Below the pieces are notes generated by a model that made no database searches, was not told the origin of the DNA, and saw only the letters and a program-made list of their open reading frames with translations. From an uncultured Acidobacteriota bacterium (GTDB lineage: Bacteria; Acidobacteriota; Vicinamibacteria; Vicinamibacterales; 2-12-FULL-66-21): DNA of 64,000 nt. The position numbers and the translations under genes were made by a program. Position 1 is the first letter of the stretch. Each line of letters opens with the position of its first letter. The DNA is taken from assembly GCA_963750915.1 (NCBI GenBank), contig CAVVSF010000008.1:581947-645946 (forward strand), read 5' to 3'. Below, in pieces: positions 45,574 to 56,522 of this stretch.

Positions 45574-48500
45574 TATTCGTCGAAGTTGATAATCGCGTTG
45601 ACGACAGCCGTCATTCCTGCCAGGGCGGCCAGCGCCGCCGGCTCGGCGGACGGCAGCGACCGGTCCGGCGCCGAGTCGCCGACGTTCACGTACTTCACCG
45701 CATCAACGGGATGCCGCGCGAACCACTGCTGCTGCTCTTCGAACATCTGCGCCAGGATGCCGGCCTCGGTCTCGTCTGGCAGCCGGCCGATCAGGGCGCG
45801 GAACGCGTCGCGGTTGCGATCGTGTGCGTTCTGCGGATACCGCTTCAGTAGGCGCTCGGCGAGCACCCGCGACGCTTCGACAAACTGCGGGTCGTTCAAG
45901 AGCACCAGCGACTGCAGCGGCGTCAGCGTCGCCTCGCGCCTGGCGACGCATACTTCGCGGCTGACGCCGTCGAACGCGATCATCGACGGCGGCGGCGCGG
46001 TCCTCCTCCAGAAGGTGTACAGGCTGCGGCGATAGAGCTCGAGTCCAGTGTCCTGGCTGTAGGTCTTGCCGGTCCCGGATTGCTCCCACAGCCCGGCCGG
46101 CTGATACGGCTTGACGCTCGGTCCGCCAATGGTCCGATTCAGCAGGCCGCTGGCGGCGAGCGCGCTGTCGCGAATCTGTTCCGCCAGCAGCCGCGTCTTC
46201 GGCCATCGTGACAGCAGGTGGTTCTCCGGGTCGCGTGCCGCCGCTTCGGCTGTCGTGACGGAAGACTGGCGGAACGTCGCCGAGAGCACGATGCGCCGGT
46301 GCAACGCTTTCAGATCCCAACCCTCTTTCATGAAGCGATCGGTCAACCAGTCGAGCAGCTCCGGATGCGTCGGCAGCTTGCCCTGACTGCCGAAGTCCTC
46401 CGGCGTGGCAACGATGCCGCGGCCGAAGTGCATCCGCCAGACTCGGTTGACGACGACGCGGGCGGCGAGCGGGTGCTGCGGCGAGGTGAGCCAGCGGGCC
46501 AGACCCAGGCGGTTGCGCGGCTGATTCGCGGGAAATGGCGGCAGGCTCGCCGGCGTGTCCCGCTCGACGATCTCGCCCGGCGCGTCGTAGGCGCCGCGCT
46601 TCAGGAGATGGGTCTCCCGCGGCGGGTCCATCTCTTCCATCACCATGATCTCCGGCACATCGGCGACGAGAGTGTTGGCCTGCACACGCAGCCGCCGGAG
46701 GGCCGTGGCGGTATCGACGGACGGCTGATGCGCGCGCGCGAGGAAATGCTTCCACCTTCGCTCGTCTGACAATGCGGGAGCTTCGGCGGACAGGCTCCTC
46801 GTTCGCTCGTCTGAGACTGGACGAGCTTCGGAGGACAAGGCTGCAACCTCCAGAGCGGTCAGCTCGACGTCGAAGACCTGGAGATCATCGATCAGGCCGT
46901 TCTTGAAGCCGCTGTCGCGGAACCTGGCGGCCAGCGTCAGCGGCGGCGGCGGCGTGACTCGATCGCCGGCCTCGGCCCGGTAAGAGATGTCCTTGGTCAA
47001 TCGATCGCGCACCACCTCGGTCGCGAGGGGTGCGCCATCGAGATACAGCCGGATGCCGGCGGCGCGGCTCGAACCATCGTAGGTTGCCGTCAGCCGCGAC
47101 CACGCGTGCAACGGCAGCGGGCGCGTGGCACGGACCGCGATCGCGTTGCCGGGCCAGAAATGGATCAGCGCGAAGAAGGGCCGGCCGCGGTCGAGCGTCA
47201 GTTCGAAACCGCGGCTGCCGGCGTCGGTCCACGCCCGCGACTGATGCACGACGACCGCGCGCGCCTGCGCCTCGGCAGGCATCAGGCGGATCGACAGCGA
47301 GAACGGATCGGTACGCCCGAACTTCGGCGCGCCCGGGTGCACCACGCTGTTGTCGCCGCTGAAGCGCAGCGCGCCGGTCGCGCCCGGCGACGGTTCCCGC
47401 ACGAGCTGTGGGCTGTCCAGCAGCCGGGCGGATTGCGCCAGGACGCTATCCGGCGTGGTGTGAACAACGACGACCTCCGGCGCCGTGTCGGCGACGACGC
47501 GATCCGGTGTCGTCTCGACAACGACGCGTTCCTCCGTCGCCGCGACGGTGTCGAACGCGAGGTGGGCGACAGGCGCGGGAGGGCGCAGCTGCGGCGCGCT
47601 GCCGATCCATTGCTCGAACGGCCGGCGTGCCGACCGCGCCAGCAGCGTCAGCTGGCGTTCCGTCTCCGCGATGCGGGCGTCGAGCCGATCGCGCGGCTCT
47701 ATCCTGCCGGCCGGCCAGAGCAGCAGCGCCGGCGTCGGCGTCGCGCTGGTGAAGTGCGAATACAGCCCGGACTCGTCGATGTTGTTGAAGAAGCCGAAGA
47801 GCGAAAAATAGTCGCGCTGCGTGATCGGATCGAACTTGTGATCGTGGCACCTGGCGCACTCGAGGGTCAGGCCGAGCATCGCCGTGCCGAAGGTGTTCAC
47901 GCGGTCGGCCGCGTACTCGGTGCGGAACTCTTCCTCGATGCTGCCGCCCTCGTTGGTCTGGCGATGAAGCCGGTTGAAGGCAGTGGCAATGCGCTGGTCG
48001 CGGGTGGCTCGCGGCAGCAGATCGCCGGCGAGCTGCCAGGTCAGGAACTGATCGTAGGGCAGGTTGCCGTTGAAGGCGCGGATCACCCAGTCGCGATACG
48101 GCGCCATGTCGCGATCGACGTCCGCCTGATAGCCGTAGGTATCGGCGTAGCGCGCCAGGTCGAGCCAGTCCATGGCCATGCGCTCGCCATACGCGGGCGA
48201 CGCCAGGTAACGATCGACGACGCGCTCGAAGGCCGCCGGCGAGGTGTCGGCGAGGAACGCGTCGATCTCGGCGAGGCTCGGCGGCAGGCCGGTCAGCGTC
48301 AACGCCGCCCGGCGAATGAACGTCTCGCGCGAGGCCGCGGGTGCCAGGTGAAGTCCCGCGTCGGCGAGCCGCCTGGCGATGAACGTATCGATCGGGCTGG
48401 TGCTCGCCGCTCCCGCCGGGCGCGGCGGCAGCGGCTCGGAGCGCACCGGCAGGAACGCCCAATGAGGCCGGTAGTCCGCGCCCTCCTTGACCCAGCGCAG

Positions 48501-48863
48501 GAGCAGCGCCTTCTCCGCGTCGGTCAGCGACAAGCGTGATTCCGACGGTGGCATCATGTCGTCGTCGTCCGCGAACACCCGCCGGACGAGCTCGCTGCGC
48601 TCCGGCTGGCCCGGTTTGACGACGGCCCAGCCATTGTCGAGCGGCTTGAGGGCGCCGGCGGCAACGTCGAGCCGCAGCTCGGCTTTGCGTTTGCCGGCGT
48701 CGGGTCCGTGGCAACGGAAGCACCGATCGGAGAGGAGCGGACGGATCTGAGAGGTGAAGTCTACGGGCGCCTGACGCACAGTCGTGGGTTGCGCGGTAAG
48801 GACAACCGTGGCGAGGACCGCACCAGCGAGCGTGGCGGTACCGCTCGCGCGCCAGCGAATCAT
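45558..48863 (-). CDS. PSCyt1 / DUF1549 / LamG-like / DUF1553 protein, copy 2, intact
   Basis: 1101 aa with a signal peptide and [13 protein letters not shown] (heme c motif). Contains the DUF1549-like [31 protein letters not shown], a LamG-like insert ([10 protein letters not shown]...[22 protein letters not shown]) and a DUF1553 C-terminus. Confidence 0.9.
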   Translation of the reverse strand: MIRWRASGTATLAGAVLATVVLTAQPTTVRQAPVDFTSQIRPLLSDRCFRCHGPDAGKRKAELRLDVAAGALKPLDNGWAVVKPGQPERSELVRRVFADDDDMMPPSESRLSLTDAEKALLLRWVKEGADYRPHWAFLPVRSEPLPPRPAGAASTSPIDTFIARRLADAGLHLAPAASRETFIRRAALTLTGLPPSLAEIDAFLADTSPAAFERVVDRYLASPAYGERMAMDWLDLARYADTYGYQADVDRDMAPYRDWVIRAFNGNLPYDQFLTWQLAGDLLPRATRDQRIATAFNRLHRQTNEGGSIEEEFRTEYAADRVNTFGTAMLGLTLECARCHDHKFDPITQRDYFSLFGFFNNIDESGLYSHFTSATPTPALLLWPAGRIEPRDRLDARIAETERQLTLLARSARRPFEQWIGSAPQLRPPAPVAHLAFDTVAATEERVVVETTPDRVVADTAPEVVVVHTTPDSVLAQSARLLDSPQLVREPSPGATGALRFSGDNSVVHPGAPKFGRTDPFSLSIRLMPAEAQARAVVVHQSRAWTDAGSRGFELTLDRGRPFFALIHFWPGNAIAVRATRPLPLHAWSRLTATYDGSSRAAGIRLYLDGAPLATEVVRDRLTKDISYRAEAGDRVTPPPPLTLAARFRDSGFKNGLIDDLQVFDVELTALEVAALSSEARPVSDERTRSLSAEAPALSDERRWKHFLARAHQPSVDTATALRRLRVQANTLVADVPEIMVMEEMDPPRETHLLKRGAYDAPGEIVERDTPASLPPFPANQPRNRLGLARWLTSPQHPLAARVVVNRVWRMHFGRGIVATPEDFGSQGKLPTHPELLDWLTDRFMKEGWDLKALHRRIVLSATFRQSSVTTAEAAARDPENHLLSRWPKTRLLAEQIRDSALAASGLLNRTIGGPSVKPYQPAGLWEQSGTGKTYSQDTGLELYRRSLYTFWRRTAPPPSMIAFDGVSREVCVARREATLTPLQSLVLLNDPQFVEASRVLAERLLKRYPQNAHDRNRDAFRALIGRLPDETEAGILAQMFEEQQQWFARHPVDAVKYVNVGDSAPDRSLPSAEPAALAALAGMTAVVNAIINFDEYVVLR

Positions 48864-48984
48864 GGAGGGATTGTCCGACGGCCGTATGGCGGTGTCAATC
48901 GCGCGCAGGCGACGTGTCCGCTCTCCGATCTTGATTCGACCTGGTCGAGCGCGACGTCTACTACTGCCCGACCTGCGGCGCCGA

Positions 48985-50181
48985 TCAGCGCGCCGTCACG
49001 ATGTCGGTCTGGAGGATCGGATCGGCCGCCGGCACGTAGGCCGTGTCGAGCCCGAGCTCCTGCCGCACGATGTTGCAGCCTTGCGCGATGGCGCTCGCCT
49101 TGTAGAACGCGATCTCGCGGTTGCAGCCCTGCCGGCCAAAGCCGCAGTCGCTCGACACGATCAACTGCTCCGGCGCGATGTGCTGCAGCGCGGTCCGGAT
49201 CCCTGCGGCGACGTCTTCCGGGCGATCGGCCTGGAGGGAGCGGTGGCTGACCGCACCGATGCAGATCTTCTTCGGCAGCCGGCCGCGCAGCCGACTGAAA
49301 AGCTCGAGGTCGGCGAAATTCCGGTCCTTGGTCTCGATGGTCCAGACGTCGCCGCGCAGCGCGTTGAGATAGAGGTCGAACGAGGCCGCGTAGCTGGTGT
49401 TCTCCATCACGCGCTGCATGTTCGGGTTTCCCCAGCAGGTATGAATCCAAATCTCGACGTCGTCGAGGCCCTGGACCTCGCGGTTATAGCACTCGACCAT
49501 GAACTTCACGTTCTCGTGGTCGGCGCCGTAGGTGTTGGCCATGAAGTGCAGGGTCGGTTCCTCGATCTGAATGCACCGGCAGCCGGCGTCGCGCAGCGCC
49601 AGCAGTTCGGTGTTCATCGCGACCGCCATGTCCCACACCACCTCGCGCTTGTCCTTGTACTTGTCGGTGTGGATGTCGAGGAACAGTCCCATCACCTGCG
49701 AGCAGCAGGTGCCAAAACGGACCGGCTTGCGGGTCTTGCTCTGCGCGATGCGCCAGATCTTGGCGTAGTCGAGCGGCCGATGCTCGATCCGGCCGGTCAC
49801 GCGCGGCCAGCGCCACGCCGTGTAGATCTCGTTCAGCAGCGTGCCAGGAGGATATCGCAGCCACGGGCTCCTGGTTTCCGCCGATTGCAGGACATCGCCG
49901 TCGAAGCCTGCCCAGCGCTGCAGCGGATAGTGGTGCCAGCTCCGCCCCGCGAAGTCCTCGTCGCAGTGGAAATCGCCGTGGGTCAGGATGTCGAGGCCGG
50001 CGCGCTCCTCGTCGCTGATGACGACCGCGAGCGCATCCTGGAACTTCTCGCGGAACCTGATGTCCATCATGCAGGTGTCGAGCGGCTTCGCCCACATGCT
50101 GACGTCGAACCAGCGCGGACGCGGCCACGAGCCCGTGACCGTGCTCGGCAGCATGAGATCCTGCGTAACCGTGAACGCCAC
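48985..50181 (-). CDS. Cobalamin-independent methionine-synthase (MetE C-terminal domain)-like / UROD-superfamily protein
   Basis: 398 aa with TVTGSWPRPRWF, ISDEERAGLDILTHGDFHCDEDF, IQIEEPTLHF, IHTCWGNP and VSSDCGFGRQG. Confidence 0.7.
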   Translation of the reverse strand: MAFTVTQDLMLPSTVTGSWPRPRWFDVSMWAKPLDTCMMDIRFREKFQDALAVVISDEERAGLDILTHGDFHCDEDFAGRSWHHYPLQRWAGFDGDVLQSAETRSPWLRYPPGTLLNEIYTAWRWPRVTGRIEHRPLDYAKIWRIAQSKTRKPVRFGTCCSQVMGLFLDIHTDKYKDKREVVWDMAVAMNTELLALRDAGCRCIQIEEPTLHFMANTYGADHENVKFMVECYNREVQGLDDVEIWIHTCWGNPNMQRVMENTSYAASFDLYLNALRGDVWTIETKDRNFADLELFSRLRGRLPKKICIGAVSHRSLQADRPEDVAAGIRTALQHIAPEQLIVSSDCGFGRQGCNREIAFYKASAIAQGCNIVRQELGLDTAYVPAADPILQTDIVTAR

Positions 50182-50279
50182 GTCTCGCTCCTTGTCAGGC
50201 TTCCCGACTCGACGTGGGCAGATGATAGCGCACCTGATGCAGCCGCTACGGCGCCTCGCGTCCTACTCTCCCGCTCTCC

Positions 50280-50318
50280 TTGACAAACTAGGAGAACACG
50301 CCTAGCCTGACTAGGAGA
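50280..50318 (+). promoter_or_regulatory. Candidate padR promoter/operator: TTGACA-17nt-TAGCCT with two ACTAGGAGA direct repeats and a CTAGG-N8-CCTAG palindrome
   Basis: ttgacaaactaggagaacacgcctagcctgactaggaga. The second repeat supplies the GGAGA Shine-Dalgarno 9 nt before ATG 50328. Confidence 0.35.
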
Positions 50319-50327
50319 CATCGTGCG

Positions 50328-50675
50328 ATGCGACAATCCGCCGACCTTCTCCCCGGCACCCTCGACATGCTGATCCTCAAGGCGGTGTCGCTCGCGCCGC
50401 TGCACGGCTACGGCGTCCTGCTCCGCATCCAGCAGATCTCGAACGACGCACTGGAGATTCCGCAGGGATCGCTCTACCCGGCGTTGTACCGGCTCGAGCA
50501 CCAGGAGCTCATCAGCGCGAAGTGGGGCTCGAGCGAGAACAATCGCAAGGCCAAGTTCTACACCCTGACCGCGGCAGGCCGGCGGCGGCTGGCCGACGAA
50601 ACCGCCGGCTGGAACCGGCTGGCCGAGGCGATCGGCGCCGCCTTGAACGCGACGATTGCGGACACCGAGGGGTGA
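50328..50675 (+). CDS. PadR family transcriptional regulator
   Basis: 115 aa with GTLDMLILKAVSLAPLHGYGVLLRIQQISNDALEIPQGSLYPALYRLEHQELISAKW...KFYTLTAAGRRRL. Confidence 0.9.
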   Translation: MRQSADLLPGTLDMLILKAVSLAPLHGYGVLLRIQQISNDALEIPQGSLYPALYRLEHQELISAKWGSSENNRKAKFYTLTAAGRRRLADETAGWNRLAEAIGAALNATIADTEG

Positions 50676-50676
50676 C

Positions 50677-53317
50677 GTGGGTTTGCTCAGGACGTTGCGC
50701 TCGACGCTGCGTGTTGCCGCCGGCCGGCGCGAGTTCGAAGCCGGCATGTCCGACGAGCTGCGGTTCCATCTCGACGCCCGCGTCGACGATCTCGATGCGG
50801 GCCGGCGCGTCGAAACCCGACGCCGAGCGCCAGGCCCGGCTCGAGCTCGGCGGCCTGGAGTCGCTGAAGGAAGATCTGCGCGAGGCTCGCGGTCAACGGC
50901 TGTTCGACGAGCTGCGGCAGGACCTGCGCTACGCCGCCCGCCGCTTCCGCCGATCGCGCGGACCGGCCGTCGCCGCGGTGCTGGCACTCGGCATCGGCGT
51001 CAACCTCGCGGTCTTCAGCGTCATCGATGCCGCCTTGCTGCGGCCGCTGCCCCACCCGGATCCCGATCGGCTCGTGTCGATCACGTCGCGCAGCCTCGAG
51101 TCCGGCCGCGAGCACCAGACCGCGCCGCTCGACTTCTTCGACTTCGAGCGTCGCGCGGCCTCCTTCGCGTCGATGGCCGCCTACTATCCGCCCGGATTCA
51201 CGCTCACCTCGAACGGCCCGGCCGAGCGCGTCAGCGGCGCCCGGGCCAGCTCGGGCATCTTCGACGTGTTCGGCGTGCGACCGGCGCTCGGCCGGGGTTT
51301 CCTGCCCGCGGAAGACCACAGCGGCACGGCGGCAGTCGCGGTGATCAGCCACAGCTTGTGGCTGCGGCACTACGGTGGGGATCCCGGGGCGATCGGGCAG
51401 CGGCTCGTGCTCAGCGGCCGCGACTACACGCTCGTCGGCGTGCTCCCCGACGGTTTCCATTCGCCGGCGATGTGGCCGCGGATGCCCGACGTCTGGGTTC
51501 CGCTGGGCCTCGATCCCAACGTCGGCCGGCGCGACGCCCGGATGCTGCGGGTGCTCGGACGGCTGAAGCCAGGGGTCACGGTGGCGCAGGCGAGCGGCGA
51601 GCTCGATGCGATTGCCGGCGCCCTGGCTGCCGAGTTTCCGGCGATCAACAGCCGCACCGGCGCAGGCGCGCGCGGCCTCCTCGACGAGCTCACGCGCGAC
51701 GTCCGGCCGTCGCTCTACGCGCTGGCGGCGGCGGTCGTCGCGCTGCTGCTGGTTGCGTGTGGCAACGCCGCCGGCCTGCTGCTCGGCAGCGCGCTCGAAC
51801 GCCGGCACGAGTTCGCGACCCGGCTCGCCATCGGCGCGAGCCGCGGCCGCATCATCCGTCAGATCGTCGCAGAGAGCCTGCTCGTCGGGCTGCTGGCTGC
51901 CGGCCTGGGGTTCGTGCTCGCTCTCTCAGCCGCCGACTTTCTCGTCGGCGCCGCAACCGCCGCCGGCGTGCCGCGCGCCGCCGGGATTCGTGTCGCCTGG
52001 CCGGCATTGCTCGCGGGCATCCTGCTCTCTGTCGCCTGCACGACCGCGTGCGCGCTGGTCGCCGCGCTGCCGTCGACACGCGCCCGCGACCTGCGCGTGA
52101 CGCGCGGCACGGCCGTCACTCCACGCCGCCAGGCCGCCCGCGCGACGCTCATCGGTGTGCAGGCCGCGCTCTCCCTCGCCCTGCTCGTCGGCGCCGCCCT
52201 GCTGGCCCGCAGCTTCCACGAGCTGCGGACGACTGAACCGGGGTTCGATGCCGCCAACCTCTTCACGGCGCGCCTGTCGGCGCCGCAGGCCCGCTACCCT
52301 GCCGGCCCGGTGCTGGCCGCGTTCTACGACCGCGCGCTCGAACGCGTGCGCGCGATCGACGGCGTCGAGCATGCGTCGGTCGTCGACTGGCTGCCGGTGA
52401 GTGGCTTCGGCGCCAGCGCGCCCTATCGCCTCGCGCGTAACGCGGCAGACGGCCAGCCCGTCGCGATGGCCGAACTGCGCGTCGTCGGTTCCGACTACTT
52501 CCAGACGATCGACACCCCGGTTCTCGCCGGCCGGACGTTCGATCCGCGCGACACCGAGGGAGCGCCGAAGACGGTTGTCGTCAACGACGCGATGGCGCGG
52601 GCGCATTTCGCGGAACGTGGGGCAGTCGGCGAGCGGCTCGTCCTCGATCGAAACCCGCCGCTCGAAGTCGAGATCGTTGGCGTCGTCGGCGACATCCGCG
52701 AGATGGCGCTAAGGCTGCCGGCGGGACCGACAATCTATGCGCCGAAAAGTCAGGCCCCCTGGCTTCGCCACGAGACCCGGGATCTCATCGTCCGCAGCCG
52801 CGCCGGGGCGGAGGCGCTGATTCCCGCGGTTCAAACCGTGCTGCGCGACCTCGAGCCGGAGATGCCGCGGCCAGCAGTCCAGCGCGTGGCGGACGTGATC
52901 GATGGCGCGCTGGCACGGCCTGGATTCTATGCCGCGGCGCTCGGCATCTTTGCGCTGACAGCGGCGCTGCTTGCCGGTTTCGGAATCTTTGGCACCGTCA
53001 CTTCGGCGGTGGCGGAGCGTCGGCGGGAGCTTGGCGTCCGGCTGGCGTTGGGGGCGTCGAGGCGCAGCGTGCTCGTCAACGCGACGCGCTACGGTACGGT
53101 GCCGACGCTCGTCGGCCTGGCGGCCGGCCTGCCGCTCGCCATTGCGGCGGGTCGCCTGCTCCGCCATCAGCTCTACGGCGTCGGCCCTTCGGACTGGGTG
53201 TCAATGCTGCTGGCGGCGGCGCTCATGGCCAGCGCCGCCATCGGCGCGGCGCTCGTGCCGGCGCTGCGCGCCGCCCGCATCGATCCGGCGGCGACGCTTC
53301 GCCACGACGAGAACTGA
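50677..53317 (+). pseudogene. ADOP-type duplicated FtsX/MacB-like ABC permease, one frameshift near the 5' end
   Basis: GTG 50677 gives MGLLRTLRSTLRVAAGRREFEAGMSDELRFHLDARVDDL. The family-typical continuation MRAGASKPDAERQARLELGGLESLKEDLREARG...DLRYAARRFRRSRGPAV is in the +1 frame (ORF 50522..53317), implying an extra nt near 50794. The remainder has two FtsX-type four-TM modules with MacB_PCD-like loops. Confidence 0.8.
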
Positions 53318-53351
53318 ACTGCAGCCGCCGGAACGCCAGCAGCGGACGCCT

Positions 53352-55907
53352 TCATGTCCGCAGCGCCTGGATCGGCGAGATCGATGCCGCCCGCCTCGCC
53401 GGGATGATCGACGCGACGAACGCACAGATGGCCAGCGACCCGGCGCCGACGCCGAGCGCCAGTGGATCCCAGAAGCGCACGCCGTAGAGCTGGGCCGAGA
53501 GCAGGTAGCCGGCGCCCACCGCGAGCGGCAGGCCTATCGCCAGCCCGACGAGAATCCGCCGGAACGCCCCCTGCAGCACCATGCCGACGACGTTGCCGCG
53601 ATCGGCGCCGAGCGCCATGCGCAGGCCGATCTCGTTCGTGCGCTGCGCCACCGAGTAGGCGGTGACGCCGTAGAGGCCAATCGCCGCCAGCACCAGCGCG
53701 ACGACGCCGAAGAGGCCGGCGAGGCTGGCCACGGCGCGCTGCTGATCGAAGGATCGATCGATCTGCTGCTGCAGCGTCCTGATGCTGGTCACGGTCAGGT
53801 TCGGATCGGCGGCCGCGAGTGTGCGCTTCAGCTCCGGCTCGATCGTGGCCGCCGGCAGGTCGGTCACGAGCAGGATGCCGCGCACGAAATGCGACGCGGT
53901 TTCGATGCGCCGCATCATGACCTGCGGATAGTCGACGGTCTGCGCCAGCGGCACGTAGAACATCGGCCGGGCCGGGCGATCGAGGGCAAACCCCGCGAAC
54001 TTGGCGTCGCGCACGACGCCGACGATGCGGAAGGTGTTGACGTTCTCCGGCAGGTTGAGGCCGAAGCGCTGGTCGATCGCGTCCTCGCCGCTCTTGAAGA
54101 AGCGGGTGACGAAGGCCTCGTTGACGACCGCGACCAGCTCTGACGTCTCGTTGTCGGTCTGGCTGAAGTGGCGTCCCCTTACCAGCTTGACGCCGAGATC
54201 CTGGAGATAGTTGGCGCTGACGCGATCCCACGACGCGCCCGAGGCCTCGCCAGGCTTCGGCGCCGGACGGCCGGCCAGCAGCACGAGCTCGCCCCAGTTG
54301 TCGGTGAGCGGGTTGTACATCGCGAGGCCGGCGCCGCGCACGCCGGGCAGCCGCTTCAGCCGCTCCTCGACGTCGCGATAGATGGCGCCGAGCTTTTCCG
54401 GCGCATACGTCGACGGCAGCCGCTGCAGCGCGACCAGCATGCGGCTCTCGACCTCGTAGCCGAAATCCTGGTTCTCGAGATTGCCGAGGCTTCGCGCCAG
54501 CATCATCGAACCGGCGACGAGGACCACCGACACCGCCGCCTGGACGACCAGCAGCACCTTGCGGGTCATCGACGAGTGATCGCCGGTGCTGCGGCCGACG
54601 CCGCGCAGCGCGTCGATCGGGTCCGTGCGCGTCGCGAACCAGGCCGGCACCGCGCCGAAGATGATGCCGGTGACGAGCGCCAGCGCGAAGGCGAACCCGA
54701 GCACCATCGGCGACGGATACGTGTCGATCGGGACGAAGGTCGCGCCGGCGAACGCCAGCGATACCAGCAGCCGTGCGGTAGCAATCGAGACCAGCAGCCC
54801 GACGCCGCCGCCGAGCACGGCGAGGAGGATGCTCTCGACCAGCGCCTGCATGACGATCTGCCGCCGTGACGCGCCGATCGCGAGCCGCACGGCCGTCTGG
54901 CTGCGGCGGGCGACCGCGCGCGCCAGCAGCAGGTTGGCGACGTTGGCGCAGGCGATCAGCAGGACGAGCCCGCAGACGCCGAGGAGAATGCGCAGGCTGC
55001 GGCCGTACTGCTCGCGCATGATGCCGACGCCGGCGCCCGCCGGCACGACCTCGATGACCTGGCGCGGCAGGCTCTGGATCACGTCGGGCATCCAGTTGGC
55101 CGGATATCCGGAATCGTGCTGCATCCACTGGTGCAGCACGCCGGTGAGCCGCGGCCCGATGCCGTCGGTCGTCGCCCCCGGCTTGATCCGCCCGATCGCG
55201 CGCAGCCACGCCGCCGTCGGCTGCCGCAGCAGCGTCGTCTCACCGCTGATGAGCGGCTCCTGGAACAGCGGGACGTAGATGTCCGGCGGGTCGCCGCGCA
55301 GCGTCTCGCCGAAGAAACCCGGCGGCGCGATGCCGACGACGGTGAACGGGCTGCCTTCAATCGTCAACGTCGCGCCGAGCAGCGACGCATCCGAGTTGTA
55401 CGTGCCCTGCCAGGTGTGGTGGCTCAGGACGACGACCGGCGTGGCGGACGGCTGGTCGTCGGCCGGGGTGAACACTCGGCCGCCGAATGCGCCGACGCCG
55501 AGCGTCGAGAAGTAGTTGCCGGCGACGTACTGCGTCCGCAGCGGCCGTGCCGTCGACTCGACGTTCTGCCGACGGACGCTGAGCCGGCCGCCGCCCGCCT
55601 GGAACGCCGTCACCTCTTCGAACTCTGGCAGTTCGGCCTTCAGGCGCTCAAAGAGCGGCAGGGAGAACATCCCCCACCGGTCCTGCGGTCCCCCCTGGAC
55701 GCAGCAATTGGGGCCGTCGCCGATGCGGTAGAGCCGCGCCGGGTCGCTGACCGGCAGCGACCGCAGCATCACGGCGTTAATCAGGGTGAAGATCGCGGTC
55801 GTGCCGCCGATGCCGAGCGCGAGCGTCAGCACGGCCGTGATCGTGAAGACGCGCGCCACCAGGAACTGGCGCAGCGCATAGCGAATCTCGCCGACGAGGT
55901 TGCCCAC
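53352..55907 (-). CDS. ADOP-type duplicated FtsX/MacB-like ABC permease
   Basis: 851 aa, starting MGNLVGEIRYALRQFLVARVFTITAVLTLALGIGGTTAIFTLINAVMLRSLPV. Has two permease modules and a C-terminal ...ARRAASISPIQALRT. GTG start with AGGAG 7 nt upstream. Confidence 0.9.
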   Translation of the reverse strand: MGNLVGEIRYALRQFLVARVFTITAVLTLALGIGGTTAIFTLINAVMLRSLPVSDPARLYRIGDGPNCCVQGGPQDRWGMFSLPLFERLKAELPEFEEVTAFQAGGGRLSVRRQNVESTARPLRTQYVAGNYFSTLGVGAFGGRVFTPADDQPSATPVVVLSHHTWQGTYNSDASLLGATLTIEGSPFTVVGIAPPGFFGETLRGDPPDIYVPLFQEPLISGETTLLRQPTAAWLRAIGRIKPGATTDGIGPRLTGVLHQWMQHDSGYPANWMPDVIQSLPRQVIEVVPAGAGVGIMREQYGRSLRILLGVCGLVLLIACANVANLLLARAVARRSQTAVRLAIGASRRQIVMQALVESILLAVLGGGVGLLVSIATARLLVSLAFAGATFVPIDTYPSPMVLGFAFALALVTGIIFGAVPAWFATRTDPIDALRGVGRSTGDHSSMTRKVLLVVQAAVSVVLVAGSMMLARSLGNLENQDFGYEVESRMLVALQRLPSTYAPEKLGAIYRDVEERLKRLPGVRGAGLAMYNPLTDNWGELVLLAGRPAPKPGEASGASWDRVSANYLQDLGVKLVRGRHFSQTDNETSELVAVVNEAFVTRFFKSGEDAIDQRFGLNLPENVNTFRIVGVVRDAKFAGFALDRPARPMFYVPLAQTVDYPQVMMRRIETASHFVRGILLVTDLPAATIEPELKRTLAAADPNLTVTSIRTLQQQIDRSFDQQRAVASLAGLFGVVALVLAAIGLYGVTAYSVAQRTNEIGLRMALGADRGNVVGMVLQGAFRRILVGLAIGLPLAVGAGYLLSAQLYGVRFWDPLALGVGAGSLAICAFVASIIPARRAASISPIQALRT

Positions 55908-55915
55908 GGAATACT

Positions 55916-55945
55916 CCTGCGCGGATCTTTGTGCGTCCGCGCAGG
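55916..55945 (-). promoter_or_regulatory. 10-bp-stem hairpin in the 5' leader of the permease gene, abutting its Shine-Dalgarno
   Basis: cctgcgcgga (55916-55925) pairs with tccgcgcagg (55936-55945). On the minus strand the 3' arm runs into CAGGAG, 7 nt before GTG 55907. Confidence 0.3.
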
Positions 55946-56052
55946 CTTAGACGGAACTCAGGGGGTAAATCGTTGCTGACAATCAGCGCCGGGGTGGCGG
56001 CAGGAATGCGGCGACGCCTGCAGCGCGCCTGACAGCGCATGCGGGCCCGCCG

Positions 56053-56142
56053 TCAACGAATGAGCAGGTAAATCACGATCGCGCCGAGCAGGCCGAATCC
56101 GAGCAGCTTCGAGATCGCGTACGCACCGAGGAACTTCAGCAT
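56053..56142 (-). CDS. Candidate 29-aa hydrophobic peptide
   Basis: MLKFLGAYAISKLLGFGLLGAIVIYLLIR. ATG 56142 is preceded by GGAGA about 8 nt upstream. It forms a single predicted TM helix. The upstream part of ORF 56053..56403 does not look coding. Confidence 0.3.
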   Translation of the reverse strand: MLKFLGAYAISKLLGFGLLGAIVIYLLIR

Positions 56143-56435
56143 GTGTGTGTGTCTCCTGTGTCGCCAGACGATCACCTGAGTGGTGGAAGTGACGCACGGC
56201 GGCGAAACGGAGCAAGAACATCGCCAGCTTTCGCTCCTCGCGAGTGCGTCAACGGCTACGCAACCCCGCCGCGATCGTGTGAAGCCGGCGCCGTGAAGTG
56301 TGTAGGAGAAGGACGAGTCGGGAGGCCAAGTGCGCCTCCCGTCGAGGGGATGTGGTGATGTCGCTACCCAGAAAGGGCCGCGAGCGCGGTTGTTCTGATA
56401 CAAAGCAAGCGCGGTGCCAGGACTGGACCTAACGT

Positions 56436-56512
56436 TCGGGCTCAGGGCTCAGGGCTCAGGGCTCAGGGGAGAGCGCTGCGGATCCGCGAACCCCGAACCC
56501 CGAGCCCCGAGC
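56436..56512. repeat. Hairpin element with (GGGCTCA)4 arm and complementary (CCCCGAA/CCCCGAG) arm
   Basis: gggctcagggctcagggctcagggctcagggg faces cgaaccccgaaccccgagccccgagc. Same family as 8764-8846. Confidence 0.7.
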
Positions 56513-56522
56513 GTTGATGCGC

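Noticed and set aside
46757-46846. Imperfect direct repeat inside the DUF1553 copy-2 gene (ttcgctcgtctgaSAMTG...gagcttcggMggacaRgg, twice), initially suspected to be a REP insertion in coding DNA.
   Set aside because: The period is 45 nt, so it is in frame and encodes [15 protein letters not shown] / [13 protein letters not shown] in a linker. It is most simply a small in-frame tandem duplication, and I found no hairpin potential.
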